Shown piece after piece: positions 1 through 12,551 of a DNA stretch of 64,000 nucleotides. Position numbers and translations under genes: made by a program. Each line of letters begins with the position of its first letter. The first letter of the stretch is position 1. Below the pieces are notes generated by a model. That model made no database searches and had not been told where the DNA came from. It saw nothing but the letters and a program-made list of their open reading frames with translations. Origin of the DNA: Octopus vulgaris (taxonomy: Eukaryota); the NCBI GenBank assembly GCA_951406725.2, contig OX597820.1, forward strand, positions 71,796,001-71,860,000. Reading direction: 5' to 3'.

Positions 1-2616
1 TTGTGTTAACTACATTCCAAAGATGGAGCCTTGTATCTTTGTTAGAAATTGGCTCCCTCCTCAATGGAAGATTTATAATAATTAAAAAATAGAAGAGACA
101 AACATACATGCACACACACACACACGTGCACATCATTTCAGTTTTGGTATTAACCTTTATTGTTTGTTTATTGCTTGTCTTTATAAGGTTTTCATAGGGT
201 TCCCATGTTCCAGTTTCATTCCTGTTTACCTGAGGTGATGGTCTTCTACTGCAGTGTCAGACCACACTTTGAGATAGAACTGGAGATCATGCAGTAACTG
301 AATGAACTCTATATCAACACAGCCTTGTCCAGAAGTAATGATGAACTGGTCATACCTGGAATATTTTTGATCAAATGTTTGTTGAAAGTTGATTTAGGGG
401 TTAACCATAACTATAACAGTTAAGGGTAATTATGCTCTTATTCAGTTCCTGCTGTATGTAGTTTGGATTTAAGTATTTAAAATATGTTCTTATGAGCAAT
501 TCTAATGTTCAATACCTATTGCTGACATTTAGATATTTAATATGTAGGCAGATCTGTCACTAGAATATATCTAATATTTCTTTCCTCTACTCTGACAACC
601 TTGTCTACACTGTCTATTCACTTGATTTCTAAGAATATAGCTATTTTATAATTATTGCTCACTCAGAAAAACTTGTTAGATTCCAGAATTGGTTTGCAGT
701 ATATGGGGTGGATGCAGTGTGCTGATAGAGGTACTATTAATTTATTTATAATTTAGCACCGTCTTTTTGCCAGTTTTAAACTTTGAAATTTTATGAATAA
801 GATAAATAAAAATTTACTTTTATCAGTGGTGTTGTCATTAACAGTTATCAGTTCTTGTTTCATATATTTCTCTTGCTACAGCTATTATTATACATAGCAG
901 TATCAACTAAAAGTATGTAGCATAATATTTACCATGAAAGTAAGCTTTGAGAAAAAGTCTCAAAGACGTGTTGTAAGTATCCTGTTGATTTACAAATCAA
1001 TATGTGGTCAAAATTAATGAAAGGAAATAAATTATTTATCTGTATTAATGATAGCTTATAATTGACATTAAAATTAGGAAAAAATATAACTAAATAAAAT
1101 TCATACTGATCACAACATTTATAATCCTTTCATGATAAAAATGTAATATAGCCACTTACAAGACAACTAATGTAATGTTTTCTGAGGTTAATATTCTAGG
1201 CAGTAGATATTTAGCTTATAATTTCCATTAATTAAGCTTCATAAATTTGTGTTGTTTGTTTACTTTTTGTTTATTCTGAATGTGTATGTGTGTGAAATAT
1301 ATATGAAATATGTATCATATCTTCTTTTATATTGTGTTTGGTATATGTTCATAATGTCAATAATTAATGAAAGGTTATGTGTAAATATTTTTTAAATATA
1401 TTTCTAAAATATATAAGTATTGATTTCTAACAGAGTTTTAGAAATATATGAAGAACTGTTTTGTTTTGTTATTCCTCTTCTTAGTGAGTCCACTGGGTAA
1501 TGGGGAAATAGTAGAGACAGTGCTAGATTATGAATGCTTCTGTGTTTTAAAAGAAAAATCATATTATATTAAAATATTAAAAGAAGTGAAATAAAAACAG
1601 AGTGTGTGTTTATTATTAGTATAATGACCCTCTCAAGATATAACAAAATCATATAACAATGCGGTATATAAAAACAGTTTGTCTGATAGTGCAAAACATA
1701 GACTCCAAGGAAATTAGTTATGGTTTGAATCAGCAACAGTTTTTCCCATGGAGGATTTATAGAAGGGAGATCAATTAATACATTTGCCATGAAGAATAAG
1801 GAATCTAACATTCTGGCCCTTTCCTTCTGTTTAAAAGTGAGAGAGAGAGAAAGCATTGTTACTTTGTATATAGGCTAATGATAAGTTTATCTTACATGTG
1901 TTTAACTTCATTCTTTCTCCTGTTATTAATTCTGTATATTATCTTAGAGAAAAGAAGCTCAGGATACATATTGCTGTACAACCCACACTAAACTTAGTAA
2001 TACAGTCCCTCTAACTACTGCATCAACTTTACAATTGAGGCCCCTAGCATTTAAGTGTCCTCATCTTCGTATAGTATGGTAGAGGTAACCTCAAAGTACC
2101 AGTGTAAGACTCTCTGATAGTGGAGACAACATTACACTCTGTTTGCCTTAAACCTGAAAAAAGGAACAAATTTATGTAGGGCAGAGAGGCTCATGTCAGA
2201 GACAACCCTTTTTATATCAGTGACACAATAAAATGTCACTTAACCATGCTGTAAAGTGGCTAGTGATAGGAATTTAGTGTTGGCATAAGGTAGAGAGAAG
2301 TCTTGAGCATTGTCAAACAGAACTTTTCAGTGCTGGGGAAATGATAAAATGCACCCAATCCATGTTGCAGAAGTTAGTGTTATGATGGACATTCAGTTAT
2401 AAAAACCATGCTGAGAAATAAATAAATAAACAGGGGCATCATAGAGTAGAAAGAACTCTTGAATTTCGTTGGAAACAACCTCATTAGAGCCAGTGGTACA
2501 ATAAAATACTTTCCTTAATTCTGTAAAGTGTTTGATCATATAAAGCGCATCTAGCAGTAAAAATATCAAAGAAAGGGGAAGAACAAATGTAGATGATGAA
2601 AAATAAAAGGACTTCT

Positions 2617-3030
2617 TTAGTCTTGTCAAGGACAACCTCTTTAGTATCTGTGATATGATCAAATGCACTTAAGCTGTTATACTGTGAAGAGGTTGTTGTC
2701 AGGAAGAGCATCCTGCTGCAAAAAGTATGCAAAAAGAAAAAGAAAAGAGCAGGGAAAATGGAAATTCTGTAAGATAGAGGAGAATTATTAGTAAAGTGAA
2801 GGGATTTCGTTAGTACAAGACACATTGGGAATAATCTGTCTTGTACTAATGAATTCTTCACTTTACTAACAAATTTCCTCTATGTTACATTTCCATTTCC
2901 CTGCTCTTTTCTTTTTGCATCCTTTTTACAGCTTGATGCTCTTCTTGACAACAACTTCTTCACAGTAAAATAGTTTAAGTGCATTTAATTATATCACAGA
3001 TACTAAAGAGGCTGTGCTCCACAGGACTAA
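2617..3030. repeat. Degenerate fold-back inverted repeat, arms about 200 bp, 14-nt loop
   Basis: Left arm 2617-2822 (...cctctttagtatctgtgatatgatcaaatgcacttaa...tagtacaagaca) is the reverse complement of right arm 2837-3030 (tgtcttgtacta...ttaagtgcatttaattatatcacagatactaaagagg). Loop is cattgggaataatc. Confidence 0.9.
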
Positions 3031-4520
3031 CGATGCCATTGGGAACAACCTGTCTAGTACCAGTGGCATGTTAAGATGCACCTGCTTCATACTGTAAAAC
3101 GGTTTTAGTCTTATATTAAAGAAGGGAAGAGATGAATGAATGAAATGTAGAGCAGAATGTACCCTTTGATCTGGTAGAGGCCATCTCTCTAGTACCAGTA
3201 ACATAATAAAATACATCCAGCTCAGATTGTAATGTGATTGGTAATAAATGGGCATCTAATTTTAAAAAACAAATTAAAAATAACATAACATATACAACAG
3301 AGTTAGATGGGTTTTTCTTCTCTGTTACTGTATGTGTGGGTATGTGAGTATCTTATGTGTATGTGAGCATTTTGATTCAAACTTCATGATGATTGGAACC
3401 TGCATAGTTACATAGTTGGCAAGGTATAGTACCCATTCAGCCACCCTTCCAAGGATATGGTGAATTCATAGGACAGCATCATGGCAGATTGTGAAGAAAC
3501 AGTGGAAGAGCTCAACTGAACCAACAGTACTTCTTAAATTGATGCTGAAGTGGAGGAGGAATCCTAGAAGATTAATGGTCAGGATCATTAAGCTCTATCA
3601 AGGCAGTATCTGCAATGCATCCATAGGGGCAGCATCAATGGCTGTGTAATCAGCTAGTAAAAAATTTATTATTACCCAAACACCCAATCCAAATATGAAC
3701 AGAGTTGCGTGGTGACAGAGAGTCACAGGAATCCATGCAAGCAGTGTGAGCAGATGACTGTGCCAGGTGGCTAATGTCTATTTGGAGATGAGTTGGATGC
3801 TGTGAGACCTATCTGTTCTTTTGATTATATACTAAAACGGAAAAAAATGGACATAAAATGATAATGATGATAACAACGATTATGAAGGAAGATGATGATG
3901 TATCAGAAATTTAATTAGTTTATTATACTGATTGATAATCTGCTTTCTCTGATTAAATAACTTGATTCTACTCCCAAACAAATCCTTTTATGAGTTAACA
4001 AATAATGGGCTCTTTAAAGTGACTTGAAAAAGGTGGAATTCAGATGTTCTGGAAAAATGTTTATACATTAAAGTAAGAATTGTCAAAGTAGTTCTGTCAC
4101 ATGCAGTAAATTTGAGAATGACCCAATCTTGAAATTAAAAACAATCATGGTAAATTGAATTGGAAAAAATATTTTAGATATATATATTTTTTTTTCAACA
4201 AATCAAGACTGCTAAGTTAACTGATGACAGGTTTATGTGTTCAGCTACTAACTTCAATTATCAAAAGTAGATTTTAAAATTGATGCTGACAGGAGGAAAA
4301 ATGTTGATTGAAAAACAGGATAGAGAAATCCTCATCCTCAGCATTTACTACCACTGCTTCCTCCTCCTCCACTTGCTCCTTCTGCTCCTTCTAAAAGTTA
4401 TCAATTATTTTGCAATGTATCACTGCAAGATACTTAGGTCAGCTCCAATATCTGCCTGCTATGCATCTCAAGCTTACAGAATTTTGCTTTTTAATTTTAT
4501 GCAAATCTTATTTAGTTTCT

Positions 4521-4559
<39 letters not shown>

Positions 4560-4720
4560 TATTCTGAATTCTCTATCTCATCAGCTAACAAGCATTCTTT
4601 TGCTCAAATATTCTTAGTTCCTCCAGACTGTTGTCAATATATTTTGACTCTCATTCCGTTTTATGATTTGTCAATATAGATGACAAACATTTAGTTTATA
4701 AAAAAATTAATGAAAATAAG

Positions 4721-4950
4721 ATTGACTCTTTCGATACAAGCCTGCCTGAGAATGCCCTTGGTTCTATGATACAAACACCCTATTAAAAAGTGATGTAAAT
4801 TAAAACCTTCCATCAATATTTCATATAAATTTCTGTTCTAAACACCAGGTTAATAAGGACAGTTCTTTTACTAAATTCTTCATTATTTTAAAAATTATTT
4901 GAAACAATAGCAATGTATTGCAACAGAAATATGGTAACAAAAGAGTTTTA
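4721..4950. mobile_element. TTAA-type (piggyBac/Kolobok-like) MITE, degraded
   Basis: Ends ttgactctttcgatac ... gtaacaaaagagttta are imperfect TIRs resembling TTAA-CCCTTTCGTTAC / GTAACGAAAGGG-TTAA. About 230 bp, non-coding. Confidence 0.6.
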
Positions 4951-6064
4951 ATTAGTGAAATAAAATCATTATTGTTATTTTAAATTATTATAAAGAATTG
5001 CTCTAAATTCTGTACTTGGTGGATTTGACTAACTTCCTTAAACTCTAGTGTTCATATTGAAAACATCTAGCATGGTTATATAGCGAGTAGAATTCCTATT
5101 TTTTGGCTTTACTTTTTATTTATTTATTCATTTATGTTTTGTTGCTTTGACTGTAGAGCAAATGGTACAGTGAAAATTGATGGTAATTGATGAAAGTGAA
5201 AAAAGACAGAAACAACAGATCACCTGGATAGCACCATTTCTGTAACAACAGTTACAAATACTTGCTTGTAGCATCTGGTTTTAGTGAAACAGCAAGATGA
5301 ATGACTATATATGTTAAAGGTCAGCTGTAGTACTTAGCCGTGTAGCTGAAGTGCTACAAGAATTTAGATAACAGTATTTGAAATTCTGATATTAGGAGAA
5401 AGTATAATTTCATTGTATCTGGGAGTGATGTGTTGATTTGTGTATGTTGGCATTGGAAATATCTGAAGTGAAAAACCACCAATTCAAGGTCTCTGAAATT
5501 AAGATAGTCGTCTCACATACAGCATTCTGGAGCCGTGATAACAATAATGATATTCACAGCTAATTATACTTTTATTCTTTAGAATTCTTGGTAAATTGCA
5601 ATAATGTAGCTTGTATTTCAATTTCTTTTTCTTGTAAAAGAATTTATATGCTTTAATTCACAAAACTGTCTCTAGAGAGTGACAAAGAAAGGAAGCTTTA
5701 TACAGAGTTAGCCACGGGGAAATTTGGCAATACTTGAGATGATAACATGATATTATGTAACAAATAAAATTTCCTTCACTATAATTATTTCTGTTCTCAA
5801 ATCATATTTAAATGCTCGCTGAGAAAATGCACTAAAAAATTCCTTTCTGTGCAATCTATTTTATCTACCAAATGAAATGTAAATGATCATGTTGTGCAAG
5901 GCCTTGTACATTTAGGATGTGTTTTTCAATCTATTTTTTCAGAGTGTAAGTAGCTGATGATTTAAATATGTTCACTATTTAAGTGTTGTGTCCCACCTAG
6001 CTGTAAATAGATATTTCTGGATTGTATAATTCATTATTAAAAACAATGGATTCATTGCAAAATT

Positions 6065-7393
6065 GACAACAAGAAGCTGTCCATCAAACCCATATTCCTA
6101 CAGAACCTTCCACAAGTCCTGTGGAACATGGTTGTGGATTGTATTCTTTTTGGAGAGAGATGACTAAAAGAATAGTAGTTGAGTAGTTCATTTTTTTCTG
6201 ATAGCCTGGCATCTTAGTGGTCTGAAAAGCCAGAAATATGCACTATCTCAGTAGACCAAGGATATCTGCCTAGGGAAGAGAAAAGAATCCACTTTTTATT
6301 ATAAGTTGCAACTACAATTTATCAGCAATTATGTGAAAATGACTAATTAGAAAATTAAAGAGTGAAATATTTCTTTAAAATTTTGACTGATATCATCATT
6401 AGGTTTATGATGTAAGCATTACTGTTTCAAAGTTGCCTTATCTATTATAAATTGCAATAGGGCCCTGAGAAACAGAGAGAGTAAGAGAGTGTTGTGTGTA
6501 TTTCATTACATTCCACCTACAAATATTTTGACTCTTTGCTAGGCTTGATGTATTTAAGGTTAGAAAAATATTAAAATCTAGTTACTACACATAAAAGTTA
6601 ATCTATATTTAATTTAATTATTTGTCAGTAACTCTACCTGATTCCCAGTCAGTCACTCCCTGCCTTCTCATCAACCCTGCTATCTACCTGCACACTAACT
6701 TACTATATATATCCTTATATGTTAATATGTAAATAAAAGAAAAATGAGCATTGGAATGGCTCAAATAAAGATGTATTAAATACCATACAAGAAGTACTGA
6801 AAATGTTTCTACTTCAAGAGTTGGTATAAGAATTACCTGGAAATTTGTATTGACTCCAAATGAAATGGGAAAATAGTCTCAAAAATCAACACTTTTCCAA
6901 TATAGACATGCAATTATGGAAAAGACAGCTTGATTGTCTAGAGACAACTTGACTGTCATCAGTACAGCAGATTTTCTACATTGTGTCCTGTAGACAGAAT
7001 TGATATACAGGAAAGAGAACACTTGGCAGGTAACTTATCAAGTGCCTGGTGAAGATTGTCTTCCAGTGAGTTGAGTAGTACCCTATCATTTGCAAATTCC
7101 AGCCAACTTATCCTGCACCCATTGGTCTCAATGCCACTTCCAAATCCAGCTATGTATGTGACTCCTATCTATAAGGATTATTAACTGGAGAGGTGACAGT
7201 ATGCACAATTGACAGAGTCTGACAGCCACATTGAATGGTTTTGACTAAGCACCATTTACCCAAACATAAATCTAGGGCATTCATATCAGACTTCAAGACA
7301 ACAAGAACCCATATTCCTAGAGAACCTTCCACAAGTCCTGTGGAATATGGTTGTGGATTGTATTCTTTTTGGAGGGAGATGACTAAAAGAATA
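6065..7393 (+). repeat. Direct repeat pair 6065-6174 and 7297-7393 (RTE-derived segment)
   Basis: aacccatattccta(c/g)agaaccttccacaagtcctgtggaa(c/t)atggttgtggattgtattctttttggag(a/g)gagatgactaaaagaata occurs at both sites, with 3 substitutions and a short indel after gacaacaagaa. Confidence 0.9.
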
Positions 7394-7780
7394 TGATTGC
7401 AAATCTAAATGGCCAAGATGGGGTTTCTTCAATGGTCTTTGGAGTAGCATTACTTGATAGAGTGCATAGCTTGCAGATCAGAGATGCACTCCAGCTAGAG
7501 CTACTTCTTTTCCAGATTAGATCATAACTCCTATACTACAGACATGTGGTAAGGATGTCTTGGAAAAAAGAATCACTGGGTAGATTTTAGTGGCAAAATA
7601 AACAGGCAGGTGACCCAGGGGCGACCATGAGCAAGATGGTTGAATAACATTCATAAAGTTGGCTCATCTCAGGGATCCAGCTGGATAAATTGGTGATGGT
7701 TGCTTCTGACTGGACCTGGTTGAAGGCGTGCCTCTTGCCCCCATGACACTCCAAGGAATAGTGGATGAAGAAAATGAGAT
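6840..7780 (+). mobile_element. Old RTE-clade LINE 3' fragment
   Basis: Degenerate RTE C-terminal motifs: HVVRM (about 7542), GKINRQVTQGRP*ARWLNNI (about 7591-7650), then LVMVASDWTWLKA near the 3' end. 5' boundary approximate. Confidence 0.6.
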
Positions 7781-9164
7781 GGGATATACAAAATGCATCA
7801 ACACATACATTTATGTATGAATTTGTGTATATATGCATAGATTGGACTGAGGTTATTGATGCAACTTTTCTACTTCTAGATACCCATCCTTTTGCCATCC
7901 CTGACTCTTTTTCCAAGCATGGTGGTATTTCAACATAGATGTGTTTTTGTAGAATATTGAAAAAGAATGACACTGCTTGTGTGACAGTGACACGCATTTA
8001 CAACTACAATACAATGCTAAAACAAGGACACACACATATACACATACTTTCATATGCACCTATATCTTCCTTTTCTTTTGGAATTTTACCTGTCTCCTGT
8101 TTCTGCAAAAGAGTTTTGCTCGAAACATAAAACACCCTTTCTTTCCATCATTGAGTGTTTTATTAATACTTTGCGTGTACCATGTCCTCATGTCATAGTT
8201 TTTTCTTGTCTTTTTTTCCATTTTCTTTATTAATTATATATATATACCAGCATGAATCAGCTGACAGTTTGTTTGCTGAAGTTATAAACAAGAGCCATGA
8301 ACTCTTGTAAAGATTCATTAGTCTGGGGTGTTTTTGACTAATGAGACACAAAAATGTTGAAACACTAGGTATCCCAGAGTACCTTGTACAAATGAATCGA
8401 ATGTGTTATGAACACACTTCATAATAAAAGATAGTTGTTCCCCTGTGACAAAATATAACAGGGATTAGCATATTCATATTTGAATCTATTGGAACATATC
8501 AAGAATAAATATCCAAGTCAGCGTATAGAGTCTCACTAGTCACTGTACCTGTGATAATTCATTTTATATTTTTATATAATATGCAATCACATTTTCTTTT
8601 AATAAAGTAGTTGTTGATTTATCAGAAATATTTTAGTATCTGTTGGTGTATAATGGTGATTTAAAGATGTATATCTGTGTAAATTCTCTTTTGGTTGGTT
8701 GAATTTCTTGATATTTTTGATTATTGCATATATTTTTAATTGATGTTATGTAAATGCTAATGTGATGCTATGCCAATGGGTATTATTGAAAATTCAAACA
8801 AATATGTTCCTTTCAATACAATCAACTAAACAAACGAGTTTTGTGTGCAAGCAGATTTGAGAAGGCAACTGGATATCAAAGGCCTTAACCTATCAATACA
8901 TGCAATTAAGATTACTATGCGGGAATAGACAGATAATGAAAATGCATAATAGATGGTTGATGAAACAGTACCATAGGTTGGTGTGGGCAAATGAATATGA
9001 CAGGGTTTCTGTGTTAGTGTAGCAAATATTTAATGTGGCTTGGATGTGATATCAACATGTGTAGTCAGGCATTGTAATACTCGCTCAATGTATGCTGGCA
9101 TGGGGAAAATATCTAAAATACCAGTTGTGCTGTTTGCATGTATGTGCACATTTATACACACACG

Positions 9165-9199
<35 letters not shown>

Positions 9200-9364
9200 G
9201 ATATGCCAAGAGGCCCAATATGGTACCAAAGGCTATGCACATGGTAGATCAGTTCAACACTCACTTCCTATATCTGACGTGATCAGACAGTCTTCCTAAC
9301 TTCTAATTGGCTAGAATGCAGAGTCTGTGTGCCATACATTGACTTGTAGCATTTGTTCGTGTCA

Positions 9365-9700
9365 GTGAAGTCACGCAGCTTTGTGGTTAGGGTATTCAAC
9401 TCATGATTATAAAGTTATGAATTTGATTCCTGGTGGTGTATTGTGTCCTTAAGCAAGACACTTTCTCTTACATTGCTCCAGTTCACTCAGCTGGCAAAAA
9501 TGAGTAGTACCTGTAATTCAAAGGACCAGCCTTGTCACATTCTGTGTCACAGTGAATCTTCCTGAGAACTATGTTAATGGTATGTGTACCTGTGGAGTGC
9601 ACTGCTCCTTGCATGTTAATTTCACAAGCAGGTCCCATTTCATTGATAGAATCAACTGAAATACTCATTGTTGTAAATGACAGAATGCCAGTTTTCTGTG
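9365..9700 (+). mobile_element. tRNA-derived SINE with CORE/V-like central domain
   Basis: A-box-like gtggttagg and B-box-like tttgattcc, then tgtgtccttaagcaagacactttctcttacattgctccagttcactcagctg. Homologous to the copy at 31291-31620. Confidence 0.7.
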
Positions 9701-9848
9701 TTCATGTCACTGGGTTTTATGCTCACATTATTGATGTCTGCTAATCTTATGAAGCACGTTATACAAAACATTAATACTAACTTCATTTTCTGTGTTCCTT
9801 TTACACACACACATACACAAACAAATACATACATGCTTATATATATGC

Positions 9849-11310
9849 ATCATCATTGACGTCGTTTAACATCTACTCTTCATGCTGGAATGGGTTGGAT
9901 GGTTTGACTGAGAACTGGCAAGCCAGAAGGCTGTACCAGACTCCAATTTGATCTGGCAAAGTTTCTACAGTTGGATGCCCTTCCTAACACCAACCACTTC
10001 GAGAGTGTTGTGGGTAATTTTTATGTTCCACCAGCATGAAGGTCAGTCAGGTGGTATTGGCATCGACCATGCTTGAATGGTGCTTTTTATGTGCCACAAG
10101 CATGGGAGCCAGTCAGGCAGCATAGGTATTGGCATCGATCATGCTTGAATAGTGCTTTTTATGTGCCACTGGCACAGGTGCCAGTCAGGTGGTACTGGCA
10201 TCAGCCACAACAATGACAAGGTCTTCGCATGAACATTTTATTGCTCAATGATGGAAGGGTACTCTTAAATGGGCCAGTTATGCTGCACTGGCAAAGGCCA
10301 TGGTTACAGTCTCGCTTGGCTTGTCAGGTCTTCTCAAGCACAGCATATCTCCAAAGGTCTCGATCACTCATCATCACCTCCGTGAGCCCCAATGTTTGAA
10401 GGTTGTGCTTCACCACCTCATCCCAGGTCTTCCTGGGTCTACCTCTTCCGCATATTCCCTCTACTGCTAGGGTGTGACACTTTTTCACACAACTGTCCTT
10501 ATCCATACTGAACACATGACCATACCAGTGCAGTCGTCTCTCTTGCACACCACATCTGATGCTTCTTAGGTCTAACTTTTCTCTCAAGGAGCTTACACTC
10601 TGTCATGTATGCACACTGACATTACATATCCAGTGGAGCATACTGGCTTCATTTCTTGCAAGCTTACACATGTCCTCAACTGTCATGTAGCATGGCTGTT
10701 GGCACACATGCATCATACAGTCTACCTTTTTCTTTGAGCAAGAGGCCCTTTGTCACCAGCAGAGGTAGGAGCTCTCTGAACTTTGTCCAGCCTATTCTTA
10801 TTCTAGCAGCTATGCTGACTTGGTCACCTGGGTAACAGAAGCTATCAATATTTCTAGTTTTTTCCCTTGGCATGTGACAGAAGCTGTTTTCAGCACATTT
10901 TCAGTGTTTATTGCCCCTGAGCATTTGCCCCACACAAAAAGTATCTTCCCAGTTAGCCTTCCTTACACCTATATTGTTTGCCTGTAAGGAACCTAGAAGA
11001 ACTTCTACACTTTACTTCTTGGATGCAGCACAAATCTACACATCTCCATTCAAGCATCTCAACAATCTCACCACACCTATCTTTCAATGTGCCAATATTT
11101 AGTGTGCCAATTCTGAGGGTGTGGAAGGTGGGACTCACAAGGCCCTGGGATGGGGGACAGCAGCATTATGTAGAACTCATAAACACCCAATAGCCTTCAA
11201 CCTGCATACACTACACCATCATTTTATGTGCTACATAATCACTACAATACAAAGGAGATAAACCCTAAGTAAGGATGGGGGAACATTAAGCCTTTGGAGG
11301 TGTTCATGGA
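9849..11310 (-). mobile_element. Internally deleted RTE LINE: endonuclease N-terminus joined to post-RT C-terminus, 3' UTR and (ATG)n tail
   Basis: Minus-strand ORFs: TLRIGTLNIGTLKDRCGEIVEMLEWRCVDLCCIQEV (APE N-terminus, 10953-11138), AARIRIGWTKFRELLPLL, and RRLHWYGHVFSM...GRGRPRKTWDEVV...DRDLWR (RTE C-terminus). 3' UTR has about 50-bp sub-repeats (10046-10200). Tail near 9849. Confidence 0.85.
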
Positions 11311-11632
11311 AAATATATATAATAGAGAACAGAGGATCGCACCACAAAACAGCAAAAAATTCAGGCTACCGGTGTAAAAAGATAGTAATAATAATGATAA
11401 GATAGAATTGGGCATATGCATTCTTAACTAAAGCTATAACCAACAGTTTTTGGTCAGCCAAACTGACAAAATTAGATAAATGAATGAATAAAGGACAATA
11501 ACAAATGAGCATGAAAGAGAGGGAGAAGGGAGAAAGAGGGAGAGTTGGATTGAGCATGGGGATCTTAAATTTTTTCTCTAAACATATGGCATAAAGATGA
11601 AACTGTGTTTACATAGGTAATGAACTAGATAG

Positions 11633-11635
<3 letters not shown>

Positions 11636-11702
<67 letters not shown>

Positions 11703-11720
11703 GTATGTATGTATGTTTGT
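11636..11720. repeat. Compound (CA)n(TA)n(TATG)n microsatellite
   Basis: Read directly from the sequence. Confidence 0.95.
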
Positions 11721-12551
11721 ATATATGCACAACAACCTTTGTTCAGTTTCCACCCACCACATCCACTCAGACGTGTTTAGTCGGCCTGAAGCTATAGTAG
11801 AAGATACTTGCTTAATGGGTAAAAGTGTCATGCAGTGGGATTGAACCCAGAACTGTGCAGTTGTGAAGCAAGTTAAGAAGTTCCCCTCAAAATTGTGGAG
11901 GCTGGGTTCAATCTTGTTACTTCATTGAGGTCAAATGTCATATACCATTGCCCCAAGTTGACAGAACCCATGTAAGTAAAATTGGAGAGATAGAAAATGT
12001 GTGAAAGACTGTTGGGTAGACACAGTGCATTCAAATTCAAAGTGGCAGCTTTAGCAGCTACTGCCTGATGATTATGTTAAGTACACAAGTGTCTGTGGAA
12101 TTCTCAGTCAATTACATGATAATTCAATAACGAAGCAGTTCATTAAACAACTAGAATACTTATCCTTAAAACCAGTAGCGGATTCATTAAGCTTTGTATG
12201 TGTGTGTGTGTGTGTTTGTGTGTGAGCATGCAGAATGAAAGACATTGCTGTCTCTGTTAATGTATCAATAATATGTGTGTAGATAGGAACAGAATTCACT
12301 GTATCAGTAAAAGGAAGCATACAGCAGGGGCTACTAAGTCATTTGATTGTGATGTAACTCATTTCATGCACATAAGATATAATGGATTAAAACTGACATC
12401 CTGATTATTAGAAACCAGAGAAAATACATTAGCATGTGATTTCATGTTTGATCCTACTGCCTAGTGCCTTGAGTAAGTGGCTATCAATACTTCTTAAGTG
12501 AATTTGGCACATTGAGATTTCAGGAAGCTCATCATATACATTGTGTGTATA

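Noticed and set aside
882-912. Possible exon LLLYIAVSTK resembling the SPO11 ATKR region
   Set aside because: Similarity is limited to 2-3 residues, and the intervening SPO11 exons that would have to lie before 34411 are not found.
5943-5945. 3-nt microexon candidate ttttttcAG|AGT|GTAAGT
   Set aside because: Motif alone is expected by chance in 64 kb of AT-rich DNA; no supporting evidence.
10046-10200. Regularly spaced repeats that could suggest a CRISPR-like array (also 16520-16680)
   Set aside because: They are sub-repeats in the RTE/SINE 3' UTR with homologous rather than unique spacers, in a eukaryotic context with no cas genes.
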